From the NCBI RefSeq assembly GCF_000400465.1, contig NW_008806280.1, forward strand, positions 20,001 to 82,000: DNA of 62,000 bases, given 5' to 3'. The notes beneath the pieces are model-generated. The model did no database searches. It was not told the origin of the DNA and saw nothing but the letters and a program-made list of their open reading frames with translations. The translations under genes were made by a program, and so were the position numbers. Below, piece after piece: positions 14,060 through 27,758 of this stretch; the stretch's first letter is position 1, and each line of letters starts with the position of its first letter. The stretch comes from Wallemia ichthyophaga EXF-994 (taxonomy: Eukaryota; Fungi; Basidiomycota).

Positions 14060-15841
14060 TTACAAAAATCCTGCTTCTGGTATGGACCCTTTCACCGCTT
14101 CGAAATTGTTCAGCGCTTGCTCCAAGTTCCAATTATTCGATTGAAGGCACTCTATAGAAAAGTCGTAATTGAGACGCGTCCTCACTGCCAGCTCACAAAC
14201 AATACCATGTTGCTCTTTGGAAATGTGGTCTGGTGGGTTTTTCGGCAGCTTGAGTAGTATCCCTTTACTTCCCTCCACCGTGTCGATTGTGCTGCCCTCC
14301 CTCCACGCTTCAGATTTGGATAGTGCGCGTAGTGTGAGGCTGTCCGAAACCACCGCACACGGCCATCCACTCTCGGCGGCGAGCGTTGATACCGAAGAAG
14401 GAGCAAGAATAAAAGTACGGTCAAATGACCTGAACCCCTTATTGCCATTCTCTATAAACTCACCATGCACCGAACAGAATATTACAGCTGTTGAAGGTAT
14501 CACTCCAGGCATGGTCCAGCAATCAAAAACGAAATTGTTGATATCGCTGATATTATGCGTTGTGCGTGGCAGTAGTTTTTGAGCTTCAATTATCATCTTA
14601 TTTCCAACCGACAACTTCTGGTTCCTCGTTTCGTTGTTGTAGATCTTGGAACAATTTCTAGATGTCGCTGTTGGTTTATTGTCAATGTAAGGCTTCCACA
14701 TTATTTTTGGTTTGCCGTCGTATAAATTTTGCCTTCTTGCGCGTGGAGGGGTGTTGGTGTTGACGGAGATACTGAATGTGGCTGTATCAGTGTAGGCAGG
14801 GAGTAAAGCACCTCTGTCATTATCAAAGAGACTAAAAAATCTAGTAAGAAATTCGGCAACCAATGGACCAACTTCAGCGTTATCTCTACCGAAACTACCG
14901 AGAATGGCAACAGGGAATTGAGATGGCAGGGATTTAGTTGCATCTGATTGAATGCGTTGTTTCTTTGGATCCAATTTGACACCATCACCCAAATCAAATG
15001 TTACGGAACGTTGAACAGGTTTCATATCGAGGAGTTCCAATGTAGGGAACTTCTTTATGACTCTCGCTCTCCACGTATCACCAAAGCGGGAAATGGGATT
15101 ATTTGATAGAATGAGTTCTTTGAGGTTGCGTAGTCTGCGTGAGGAGCATAAAGCGTATAGGTCTTCTACGTGTCTGAAATCGTTATCGCTGAGGCTCAAG
15201 TTTTCGAGATTTGGGATGAATTCTGGGAGAGATTTGTAAGAATGTAAATTGCGCAAGTGATTCGAGGCCAGTGAGATAGTCTTGACATCAGGGAAGAGCT
15301 CAGCAATGAGTTTAAAGAGGGAGGGACCTGCGAGTGATTTCTGTTTGGAATAACCGGGTGGAATGAAATTTGCAGATTTAAGGATATCGTCGTCGCCCAT
15401 TTTCTGGTTATTAGAGTTAGATAGGTGAAAAAACGCGTAAAACGGCCGACAAACCTCCAAATTTAGAAAATTGAGATTAGAATCGAAGCGAGTGTTTAAG
15501 AAGCGAGTCAATGCGTCGATAACGTTTCTGTCCGACGTGGGTTTTGTCGGAGGGTTATTGAGAGACACCTTCTTAGGGCGTGTGGGGGTGTTCGGACGTG
15601 AAGGAGCGCCACTCAGGCGAGATGAAGTAGATGGGCGTGCGAGAGGATTAGATTTGTTACGTATTTGAGATCTTCTTGATGAGGAATCAGCGTCTGACAT
15701 GGAAGAATCCTCATTTGTGGAACCAACGCCTCTACCGCGTTTACCCTTGTGCTTTAATAAACCGGCAGATTTTAGGAGATTGTTTCCGACGCCGGGAGCA
15801 TTTGAATTTGAATTTGAATTTTCAACACGATCGGCATACAT
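14060..15841 (-). CDS. MEX67: mRNA export receptor Mex67/NXF1
   Basis: R/G-rich N-terminus, LRRs (LSLASN, LSLSDN, LILSNNP), NTF2-like domain (CSVHGEF, RSFDRTF) and C-terminal TAP-C/UBA domain. The likely ATG is 15841, because the ORF extension to 16069 overlaps PRP43 exon 1. Confidence 0.92.
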   Translation of the reverse strand: MYADRVENSNSNSNAPGVGNNLLKSAGLLKHKGKRGRGVGSTNEDSSMSDADSSSRRSQIRNKSNPLARPSTSSRLSGAPSRPNTPTRPKKVSLNNPPTKPTSDRNVIDALTRFLNTRFDSNLNFLNLEVCRPFYAFFHLSNSNNQKMGDDDILKSANFIPPGYSKQKSLAGPSLFKLIAELFPDVKTISLASNHLRNLHSYKSLPEFIPNLENLSLSDNDFRHVEDLYALCSSRRLRNLKELILSNNPISRFGDTWRARVIKKFPTLELLDMKPVQRSVTFDLGDGVKLDPKKQRIQSDATKSLPSQFPVAILGSFGRDNAEVGPLVAEFLTRFFSLFDNDRGALLPAYTDTATFSISVNTNTPPRARRQNLYDGKPKIMWKPYIDNKPTATSRNCSKIYNNETRNQKLSVGNKMIIEAQKLLPRTTHNISDINNFVFDCWTMPGVIPSTAVIFCSVHGEFIENGNKGFRSFDRTFILAPSSVSTLAAESGWPCAVVSDSLTLRALSKSEAWREGSTIDTVEGSKGILLKLPKNPPDHISKEQHGIVCELAVRTRLNYDFSIECLQSNNWNLEQALNNFEAVKGSIPEAGFL

Positions 15842-15905
15842 GGTGGTGGATTGGGGGCAACAAGCACCTTGATTAGAAACGACCAACTTTAAATTAAAAT
15901 TAAAA

Positions 15906-18138
<2,233 letters not shown>

Positions 18139-18267
18139 GAGGGTGTGTGATGAGTGAGGAATAGGATTTGTATATGCAGTTATGCAGCTATACAGCTATA
18201 ATATAATCTATTTATCGTTGTTTTACCAATTTACACTTTATATTTTACCAAACTATCATGTCACCAC

Positions 18268-18933
18268 CTAGAAATCCAAACCCTTGTCGAGATCCTTGCG
18301 AATATGATCGAGCATCCCTGGTGCCATCAGGGGTTTCCCTGTACCATCGTTGAGATACCTGTAGGGCATATCGACTGACTCCTGCGGGGTAAAGACGATA
18401 GTAGGGTCGTCAACGAAATCCATCTTCTCCATAGGAATATTATCCACAACGACGCGCTTGGTAGTACCTAGAGCTGTATCGGTGGACATCTGGCGAGGAC
18501 CAAGGTGTCTACCCGGGAAACCAAATTTGCGAAGTTCCTTGGTACGATCGCGTGGAGGATCGTCACCGAGAATACCACCGAAGAGGAAATGGGAGAAGGT
18601 TTCCAAATCCTGTGGTTGGATGGGCTGCTCAGCTTTAGGGTCGAGAAGACAGACTTTCTCATGAGGGATGCCCTCGCGCGTGATTATATCCATAATGCCC
18701 TCCTTGTAGCACTCCGTGGTTGCCGCTTTGCCTTGGGATGGCGCCAGTGCCTGGTTGAGACTGTCGTAGGATGTCGACGATAGGTTCGTGTATATCACAC
18801 GGGCATTCTCACCCGCATGCGTAGACGCTGCCATATTGCGATACTCTCTTAAACTCCATTCCGGTATCTTGTAGCCTTCTGGCTCTTCTTCTTCGACGTG
18901 CTCAATTACGTAGGTTGGGTACGCGGCTGGCAT
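18268..18933 (-). CDS. SFM1: SPOUT-family protein-arginine methyltransferase Sfm1
   Basis: YVIEH..E...EW...EY, CLLDP and FLFGGILGDDPPRDRT..LR...RHLG..QMSTDTA. Confidence 0.9.
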   Translation of the reverse strand: MPAAYPTYVIEHVEEEEPEGYKIPEWSLREYRNMAASTHAGENARVIYTNLSSTSYDSLNQALAPSQGKAATTECYKEGIMDIITREGIPHEKVCLLDPKAEQPIQPQDLETFSHFLFGGILGDDPPRDRTKELRKFGFPGRHLGPRQMSTDTALGTTKRVVVDNIPMEKMDFVDDPTIVFTPQESVDMPYRYLNDGTGKPLMAPGMLDHIRKDLDKGLDF

Positions 18934-19124
18934 GGCTGTGGTGGTGGTGGTATGAAGAAGGTGCGGCGAGTTGTTGGCGCTGGCAGCACTCAACACTCAA
19001 CACTAAGCACTCACCCACTCACCCACTTAAGATTCTTATATTTACTAGGAATATTTAAATATTACTTTGACATGATATCATGCTTGCGAAAATCTGCATA
19101 CTTTACAAACACTACACATTCCCT

Positions 19125-20745
19125 CTACACGCACTCCCTCCGCACATCTACAGTGCACTGCGTTCCAGCGGCAGCGAAATGCGCGCGGATGAGCTGAGAC
19201 GCGGACAGGGTGAGGTTGAAGATATCCACGTCGGAGGTCTCCTTCCCGACGAGCACTTTGAGCGAGACAAAGGAGGAGCCGAGTGAGTGTGCATTTGAGA
19301 TTCCAGTAGCCGACGAGAAAGAGGAAGAGCACGAGGAATTGCGAGCGAGATCCACACAACTCGCATCATCATCGAGCAGTGTCGTGCTAGCAGCGCCTGG
19401 TGTTATCTGGAAGATGCGCGGGAGGTCCAAGTGCTTGACTAGTGGGTGAGTCTCGATCTGTGCGAGTTTGTGAGTGTGCGCCCGCAAATGATAATCAACT
19501 CACCTCGCGCAACGCTTCACGCAGTATCGGGATCGTCGTAGACGTCGGCGCCGTCTGCAATAGGATTCGCGAGAGGGTGATCAGAGATGGGTATATCAGG
19601 TATCCGATGCATACTGCCATACAGCCCGCTATCACTTGGTCACAGATATGGTGGTGGGGGGGTGGTATGAGCGCGGCTGTGAGCCACATCGCACTTCCGA
19701 ACAGACTAATTAGGCAGCTATATGGATTGTTGATAAAGCTGGACATCTTGGGAGCGTTGTATAGCAGCGTGCCTGTGATGAGCGCTAGTGAGTGGTGGTT
19801 GTGGTAGTACTTGTTGGCAATATATGGTAGTATCGCAGAGAGCAGGATTAGATGAGTGGGGAAGGGAATACCATACTTGTGGTCATATTCATTGTATTCT
19901 CGGTAGTCATCTTCAGTGGAAGATATCAGCGCGTGTTCTACCGACTCCTTAGCAAGATAGGTCACGGCAAAGACTAAATAAATGACTTGCGTAAACAATG
20001 ATAGAGTTTCTAGCCTGCGTATCCCGAACGGCTTCTTGTACGTAGGAGACACCGTCCTGTACCAGTCGAACAGGTTGATGGAGATGAGCGATATGCTGTC
20101 GAATGTAATCAAGTAACCCATTCCAGTGGTCGATAGACTCTCAATTCGTTGTCCTGCAAGCCATAACCAGGCGCCGAGGAGTAATTCAACACCAGTGAAT
20201 GCAAATTTTCTCAAACTAAACGCTCTTCTTTCGAAAGTGGGTGGTGGGGCAGGTTTGCTGTCCTTTGTTTTGGCAAAGTTGGAGGATAACTTGGAAGACA
20301 CAGCGCTGTTCACAGTCACGGTGGGGTCGTTGAAGCTAAAAAAAGCATGAGATAGTGAACGCTTATGGTGGTGCTTGCGTCGATTAGGCTTATCTGAAGA
20401 AGGAGTAGTGTTAAGAGAGGGAGTGAGAATTTGATTGGGTGGAGTGAAATTCAAGCTGTTTGAGCTTGTCTTTGTATTCAACTGTGTGTCTGGGTGCGGA
20501 TCCTCAAGTAAAGTGCCCATTGAGCCGACAGCGCCGACAGAACTGAACATTCTCTTATGTGAAGGCAGTAAGGGTATTATATTCACATCCTCATTCTCTA
20601 CGTCGTCTGTGCTGTTCGCAACGGTTGCGCCATCCAAAGGCTCCCAGATTGAATGCTTCTTGATATGGTTAGAATTAGTAGAGCCAGGCTGCCTTGGAGA
20701 GCCACTGCCAACATTCCCCTTGTACTCCTGCAATGGCGAATTCAT
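19125..20745 (-). CDS. ZRG17: Cation diffusion facilitator zinc transporter, Zrg17-like
   Basis: HHHKRSLSHAFF N-terminal motif, CDF transmembrane segments (ITFD, KKPFGIRRLETL, KESVEH), and a C-terminal exon in ORF 19125-19487. Confidence 0.75.
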
Positions 20746-20824
20746 TTAATCAATTTGACAGTGACGGTACACGGTTCAAGTTGCACACCCAGGATATCGT
20801 AATTGATAAGAAATTAAATTTAAA

Positions 20825-21591
20825 ATGAGCGCATCAGTGTTATCGCAGCAGGCGCGTGATGAGCGTGATTTACGTGTTCCATCCAGCACACCGCCTCCAC
20901 TGCCAGAAGAAGAAGAGCCTCCATTGCCAGACGAGGAGGAGCCCGTGTTGGAACAATCAGAGAGCGCAGGGAGCTCAGAAAATCCCCAGCAATCCCACCA
21001 ACCCCATCCTCAAATCTTACACGGAAAGAACGGCTGGTCAGCCATCTACGAGCCAAATTCATCGCAATACTACTACTACAATCAATCTACGGGCGCAACG
21101 ACCTGGCAAAATCCATTCTCTAATATAAATCCACAACATGACTCAATCAATACAAACAAACGCGAATTCTATCATGAAGAAGATGACGCGATTGATCCCG
21201 AGTTGGCCCATTTGATGCCCTCATCCAGTACTGATCCTGCTGGGTTTGTCCAGGCAAAGTTCAACGCTCGCACCGGTCAGTTCAACAGCAAAAGTTGGCA
21301 GACACCCGAGCACGTCTCCGCAATCAACAAGTCCAGGCGGCAACAAGGTGTGTAGACTATATATCAAATCTACCACCCCTTACCCACCTCACAGCTGCTT
21401 TCTTTGATCTCGATGCTTTCGAGAGGCAGAGAAACGACGACCATATGGCGAAAAAGGCTAAAATTGATGAGTTGGGTAAGGACAGTGTCAAGCCTAAGCT
21501 CTCAAAGGATCAAGTCAAGATGTATAAGGAACAGAAAGCAGCCAAGAGGTACAAAACCAAAACCGACTGGCTTGTGAATGACGATAAGTAG
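20825..21591 (+). CDS. WW-domain-containing protein
   Basis: PPPLP motifs and WW domain NGWSAIY...YYYYNQSTGATTWQNP. One intron near 21350 joins to ORF 21295-21591. Confidence 0.8.
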
Positions 21592-21613
21592 TATAACTAG
21601 CTGATTACTTCAA

Positions 21614-22979
21614 TTAGTGGCCAATCTGGTACACCTTGTAGCCTATCAACTCGAGCTGCTTCACATCCACAATCAAATGACCATCTAATACCCATCCCGG
21701 GGGGTTTATTTTTTGGTAAATCGCATTCCAATCGATTTGGGTATAAAATTCATCCCAGTTTGTTAGTAAGAGGATGCAATGTGTATTGATTGCTGCTTCA
21801 TCTATCGACTGACACGGTTCTACTTTTTCACTGGCATCAAACTCATTAATAATTTGCCAAGATGTGACAACGGGGTCGTAGACTGAGAAGTGTATATCGG
21901 GAAGCTGTCTGAGCAGCTCCTTAATAACTCTGATAGAAGGACTAAGTCGGAGATCGCCTGTATCTTTTTTGAAAGCGAGTCTGGCGTGGGTGTGAGGTGC
22001 AAAAAATAAAGAGTGAAAATCTGGACACCCACCCTAACACAGTGATTTTGACAGATTCGATACCCACCACGATTTCTTTGACGCGTTGTATGAATCTGTG
22101 CAACTGATAGTCATTCATCTCAATCACACTGTTCCAGTAGCGAGCTACGTGGTGGAGGTTGAGAGATTCGCAGAGATAGACGAGCATACGCAGGTCCTTC
22201 TCCAAACACGAGCCACCGAAGGCGAGGGAGGGAGAGAGGTACTCGCCTCGAATTCTTCGGTCTGTGGATAGCGAGTGGGTGAGTTGAGATATGTTTGCCC
22301 CGCTAGCATCGCAAATGGCAGTGAAGGAATTGATAGACGATATTCGCTGCGCTAGGAGAGCGTTGCTTGCCAATTTAGACAGCTCCGTTGAGTAGATGGA
22401 CTGAGTGAGAATTTTCTCGCGCGGCACCCAGTTGGCATACAGGCCGATAAGAGTGTCGCGCGCCCGCAGGCCACTCTCGCTCCCATCGCAGCCAACAAGC
22501 ACTCTATCGGGGCAAAGGGCGTCTCGAATGGCACTCCCTTGGCTGAGGAATTCGGGGATGGAGAGGATATCGAAGTGAGTGGGGTGGGCGAGAAGGGCGT
22601 GTGTGATTTGCGTGCACGTGTTTAATGGGAATGTGGACTTTTCGACTATTATTTTGCGCTGAGGGGAGCCGCATGTGTTGTGGAACATATCCAGAGTATC
22701 CGCGAGGAGAGAGGAGTGACTGAAATTGATGCAGAGGATAATGATGTCTGCAGTGTCTAAGCAGCGTGGCGAGGCTGTGAAGTGCACGTTGCTTTCCCTC
22801 AGCAATCCCTCCAAGCCCGGCTCAAAGAACGGTGGATCATGCCGAATCCAGCGATCGACTTTGACCAATTCCTTATCGTAGATGACGACATTTGCGTATT
22901 TCGATAAAACCGATCCAACGACCACACCGACCAATCCACTGCCCACGACAACCACGCTGAGCACATGACCGTTCTTCAT
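21614..22979 (-). CDS. UDP-glucose 6-dehydrogenase (divergent)
   Basis: VVGSGLVG, EKST, PEFL, SKL..N, FGGSCLEKD (catalytic Cys). After an intron near 22030: AFKKDTGDLR..., ending YQIGH-stop at 21614. Confidence 0.9.
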
Positions 22980-22987
22980 AAACAGCC

Positions 22988-23689
22988 ATGGCCGCTATCT
23001 CAGATGATGAGCAGACGGAGAGCGAGCCACCGCCATACGCGGCTGTGACCGCGGCAGCGACGGCGCCGGCGTACACGAGACACAGAAACAGACAGCGGCA
23101 GCCTCAGCCAGCCACCGCCACCAGAAGCAGCACAAACACACCGATTTCACTCACACTCATCTATCAGCTACTCCAGCTAACGTCTCTTCTGCCCGCTCTC
23201 ACGGGCGTCCTCTACCTTCTCATTAGATTCTCGCTGCACACGCTCCCAGCTCCTAATCCTTCGCGCATCGAGTACCTCGCTTCAACCCCATGGGCGGTGC
23301 TTACGGCCGTTTACAGCTTCCAGATTATCAGCAGCATGCTACACAGGTGGAAGCAGTACTACCACCCCATTTCCGTCATTATCCGCCTCCTCTCGATACA
23401 GGCTGCGTCGTTTCCGTGGATCAGAGTCACCCTGTGGCTGTGCTCTACGCCTGAGAAACCCCTGCTGGCGTGGATGGTCGTCGCTATCACCACCGCCGTC
23501 TCCAGCTCCATCGCCCGGTGGTACATCAGCAATCTCAGCAGCACACAGTCTGCGCGTCATATCGATGTTGCTCGGCTGGTTACTAGGACCATTCTCCCCA
23601 TCTCCACGCTCTCCCTTTTCAGCCTCTTCCTGCTTCTTTACGATCTCTACTATACCAGAGTCTCGCTTCAAGTGGCAATGGCGCTTTAG
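22988..23689 (+). CDS. EOS1: EOS1-family membrane protein (N-glycosylation/oxidative stress)
   Basis: EY.A..WA.LT, L.RW..YY.P...IIRL...QA and W..SN motifs typical of the EOS1 family. Several transmembrane helices. Confidence 0.8.
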   Translation: MAAISDDEQTESEPPPYAAVTAAATAPAYTRHRNRQRQPQPATATRSSTNTPISLTLIYQLLQLTSLLPALTGVLYLLIRFSLHTLPAPNPSRIEYLASTPWAVLTAVYSFQIISSMLHRWKQYYHPISVIIRLLSIQAASFPWIRVTLWLCSTPEKPLLAWMVVAITTAVSSSIARWYISNLSSTQSARHIDVARLVTRTILPISTLSLFSLFLLLYDLYYTRVSLQVAMAL

Positions 23690-23728
23690 CACTGGCAATG
23701 GCGCTTTAACACACTGGCAATGGCATTT
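23673..23728. repeat. About three tandem copies of TGGCAATGGCGCTTTA(GCAC/ACACAC) spanning the EOS1 stop codon
   Basis: Copies start at 23673, 23693 and 23715 (the last is partial). Confidence 0.85.
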
Positions 23729-23834
23729 ACTACACGAAAATCCTAATACACTAATCTTTATACTCACCTTTACTTCTCTACTCATACCTTTGCGTTCATA
23801 TGTCGTCTTTTTTTTTCACTCATGCATTCTCTAT

Positions 23835-26800
23835 TTATACATTGCTAAATAAACTACTGCGCACGCTGCCAACGAGATCCTTAAGCACGGCACTGCTCAC
23901 TGTCTTCTTCTTGGGCGACGGTGACGGCGACGGCGACCTCACCAACTCGTCCTCCCTCTTGCGCTGTCTGCTGGATTGTTCGTGAGCAACTCTGACGCCC
24001 TCGGCCATTCTTTCGAGCTGCAACACCACGCGACGCGTCCTCTTCACTATATCTGTCTGCTCCACCAGCTCTTCTTGGTTGAGGGATACCCCATCGCGCA
24101 CGACAAACGTTTCGTCTGCCGGGTGGCCAGAGAAGACTATGTCGAGTATGCGAGTCATCACATACACAGTATCGGCGTGGCTGCCATCCCACCCGGCTAT
24201 CTCTGCGCGCAAGAGGAGCACATCGGGCTCAAAGTCGAAGCGTTCGTCGTCGAGCCACTCAATCAGTGTGGTGGGGAGGGGGATGCTTGTGTGGGTCAGG
24301 GTGGTTCTCCAGATGTTAAAAGCGAATAGCTCTTACCTCTCTTTCACGTTCGCATTCAATTTCACACCCACACTCTCCTTGAGCAGAGGTAGTGTGCGTG
24401 TCTCCGTCGGCGCCTCATCGCCATCCGCACCCGCACACAGCATCTGCACCGCCTCGTTCGTTGCCCGTATCGCCTCGTTGAGTATCGCGATCGACGAGTC
24501 CACCAAGGCGATCGCTATGTGGTGCGCATAGGGCATGTGATGGATGGCAAGTACACTAGCCAACGCGACTGGCGAGAACACCGCCGATACACGCCTAGGT
24601 GTGGTTGTTTGGTAGTGTCGCACCCCCACATCCACACTCTCCAAGAGAGTGTGCAGTTGGGAATCGAACGAGTGCGGGGCGATCTGGAGGTATTTCAAAT
24701 GTAGTGCGGGTGTGTTCAAATTCGAGCTCAAGCACTGCAAAAACCAAGTGAGCTATGGTTTCACTCATCATGGTAGCTTCACTCACCTCGACAGCCTCGC
24801 TCTCACACCACGATAGCACCACGATAGTGGGTATAAAGGTGCCGTACGCTAAACGCCCCGCTACACGCTCCATCCTCCTTTTATCATTATTGAGTGTTCG
24901 CGCTCTCTCTTTTTCCGACTGCTGTCTCGCCAGCTCGCGCGAGCATTCAAAGAAAACAATAGCGGTAGAGGCGGGTGGCTGGAGTGCGAGTGCGAGTGTG
25001 AGTGTGAGTGTGGTTGTGAGTGTTAATCACCCCTTCAATCAGCTACTACCCACCTTCTCGCTATTCGCATACAACGAAAGCTGCGAGTTGGCTTGATTAA
25101 AGTCGCCAACATCTGCACCGAAACGCGTGCGCAGCCATGAGCTGGAGGAGGAAGAGTCGTCGTGGGTGTACAGCCCCACATCCACACTCGCAAAGTGTTT
25201 CAGGAGTGGGTTGCTGTGTATAAACCCAGCCACGACAGTCAACGCACCACCTCGATTCCACAACTCGCTTCTCTGCTGTACGTGCTGAAGAAGGGAACTC
25301 TCTGTCAGAGTTATCGACAAGATAAATAAGCCGCTCACCTGCTGCAACGTGTGCTCCATCTCTGAATCGCTCAGTCTGAGTCTGAGTTGATGGAGAGGTG
25401 AATGGTGAAAAGCCACCTCTTCATCCTCGTGATCGAAAAGCTCCTCTGCATCTTGTTTGTCTTCCTCATCCTCTTCATCCGGCAGGGTGAAAGCCGGGGT
25501 CGTGCCACCCCTCCCAAAGGAAAGACCCTCGACAGCCATTCTAAACTGCTTGAGACGCTCCTGGTCAACATCGCGCGCAATGACGCGTGCCACTGCAGCC
25601 GTCTTCCACAGACGCAGACAACGCAAAATCAGCCTGCGTCGCCTGTACATGGCTGCTACCTCTCGCAGCACGCACGACCGCACAGCCGCAGCCACCGTCT
25701 CGTCGAGAATGCGGTCGGTGAGTTTTGTGCATGTCGTGTGAGTGAGCTCGAGCCGTTCTCGTTCTCTACCTCGCTCTTCCTCCCTCGTTTTCTTGCGCTC
25801 CTCTTCTTCAGCTCGCAAACGCCCTTGTAGCTTGCGGTTTTCTGATAAACGCCTCCGCGATTGTGCTGCACGTGCTAATTGAGCTGCTTCCGTCGCTTCT
25901 GCCGCTTCTGCTGCTTTTTGTTTCTTCTGCCTCTCCCGCTCCTCTTGCTGCTGCTGGCGGTGTTTCTCGTCGAGGTCATTATCAGGTTGAACATCAGGTT
26001 GGGCACCTTGTCCTTGTCCCTGTGTGCTGGGTGGGGTGAATGCATTAGCAAACGCACCTGCAGTTTCAGTACCAGTGCCAGTGCCACTCCAGCTGAACGC
26101 GTTGGAAGACGGAGCGCCCTGTGTGTGCTGCGTAGTCTGTCTAGGTTGGAAGGAGAAGGCTGTTGCGATGGGTTTGGGAGGAGGGGGCATGAGGGAGGTC
26201 GGAGAGCTGTTAGAGTGATTGTGACTGCTAGTGCCCGTATCAGTACCCGCACTAGTTCCATAACCATAGCCTCCACCGCCACTGTCAATATTCGCATTTG
26301 TTTTGGTCGATGGCATTGTGAAAACTGGCGCAGATGGTCTAAGCGAGGACAAAGACGCTGGTTGGCTCTTTGGGATATCACCAGCCACAACATCGACACC
26401 GATATCAAAATCAATGGCTAGAGGGGTATCTATAACATCCCGCGCACTGAGCCTGCCTCTCTTGGCAGATACGAGACGAGACTTGCAGTGAGGGATAGTC
26501 GGACCCGAGTCGTTGACCTGCGACTGTTTGTTTACTCTAACGGCTGTGGGCGGGGCTTCGTCATTTCCATTATCATTATCTTTCTCATTCTCGCCGCCCC
26601 TCTCCACATCCAGCCCGAGGTTCTCCGCCTCGCGCGCGACATGCAAACCGTCGTCGCATCCGAGCACACTGACGAGGTCAGCGACGGGATAAGCGCGGTA
26701 TTTGCTCGGGTAAGCGACGCGCATAGCCTTGAGGGCGCCTCTGCGCACGCTGCTGAAGGAGGGTTCGAGAAGGCACGCCATAAGGAAAGGGGTGCTACTC

Positions 26801-27748
26801 GAGCGGATAAGTTTGAAGAAGCGCGAGTATCCATTAGGGCTAGACACCGTATTATGGGGGCGTCCTCGTACGTCAGCCTCGTTCGAGCGGCGGGCGAGAG
26901 CGTGAAATTTGAGTGCGAGTTGAATGGGCTGCGAGAGGTAGAGTGAGGTGGGGAGGCGTTCTGCAGCAGCAGCAGTGCTAGAGTCGCGCAGATGAATGAG
27001 GAGGTGGTAGGCTCTGAACTCTGCTTCGTTCGGGAGTGTTTCGCCCGTGCTGGCCCGCCAGTCGTCGTAGAACTCCGTCAAGCTCAGCAACACCTTGCTC
27101 AGCTGCTCCAGCTCCTGCTGGTCAGACCACCCAGTGCGCTCGCATAGCTCGTGCAGGCAGAGGATGTGGTAGCGGGCTATGCGCTCGTGGCACTCGACGG
27201 CAACGCGGTCGCGGATGTGCTGCAGAGTGAAATCCTGTCGTATAGAGCGCGTCCTGTCGCGAAGGAAGTGGTGGCTGTCGTGCAGGTCTGCGTCTTCTGC
27301 GAGGATCGTGTGGAAGAGATAGTCGAGTGTTTGCTTGAGCACCGGCGCTGGGCGTACATCTGACGGCAGGCTGGCTTCGTCGCCGGCAGCTGGCCTGTGG
27401 AATGTCTTCACGGTGCGCGCGGGATTCGCCTGGCGCGGGTGCTCTGCGTATACCTCCCACTTATCCAGATTGAGCTGGTACTCGCGCTCGACGCGTTCAA
27501 ACAGTGGACACATGGTGGTACACGTTCCTCGCAGCGTTATCGCATCGCTCAGACTCATTCCCCCTTGGCTCGGATCGGGGATTTGGCCATCTCTAATGGC
27601 TTCGAGTCGCTCGACTTCTCGGTGCGCGCGCAGCTGGGTAAGCGGGTCAGACGGGATTCGAACGCAGAGCCCTGCACACCTGCTGGTATTGCGTCTTGTC
27701 GGCGGTGAATCTGCTGCCTCTGTCGGTGGTGAGATGACCGTCAGCCAT
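23835..27748 (-). CDS. SAC3: Sac3/GANP-family TREX-2 scaffold
   Basis: GTCTTMCPLFER, RPAAG..LPSDVRP, DRTRSIRQDF and EFRAY motifs. After an intron near 24980-25050 the frame runs PPASTAIVFFEC...DKRR directly into MERVAGR (ORF 24595-24873), so the ORFs at 23835-24873 are its 3' exons. Exon 1 ATG is at 27748. Confidence 0.85.
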
Positions 27749-27758
27749 TAAGATAACA

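Noticed and set aside
24975-25025. GAGTGC/GAGTGT repeat
   Set aside because: A simple intronic microsatellite in SAC3. Similar CACACT-type tracts occur in other introns here.
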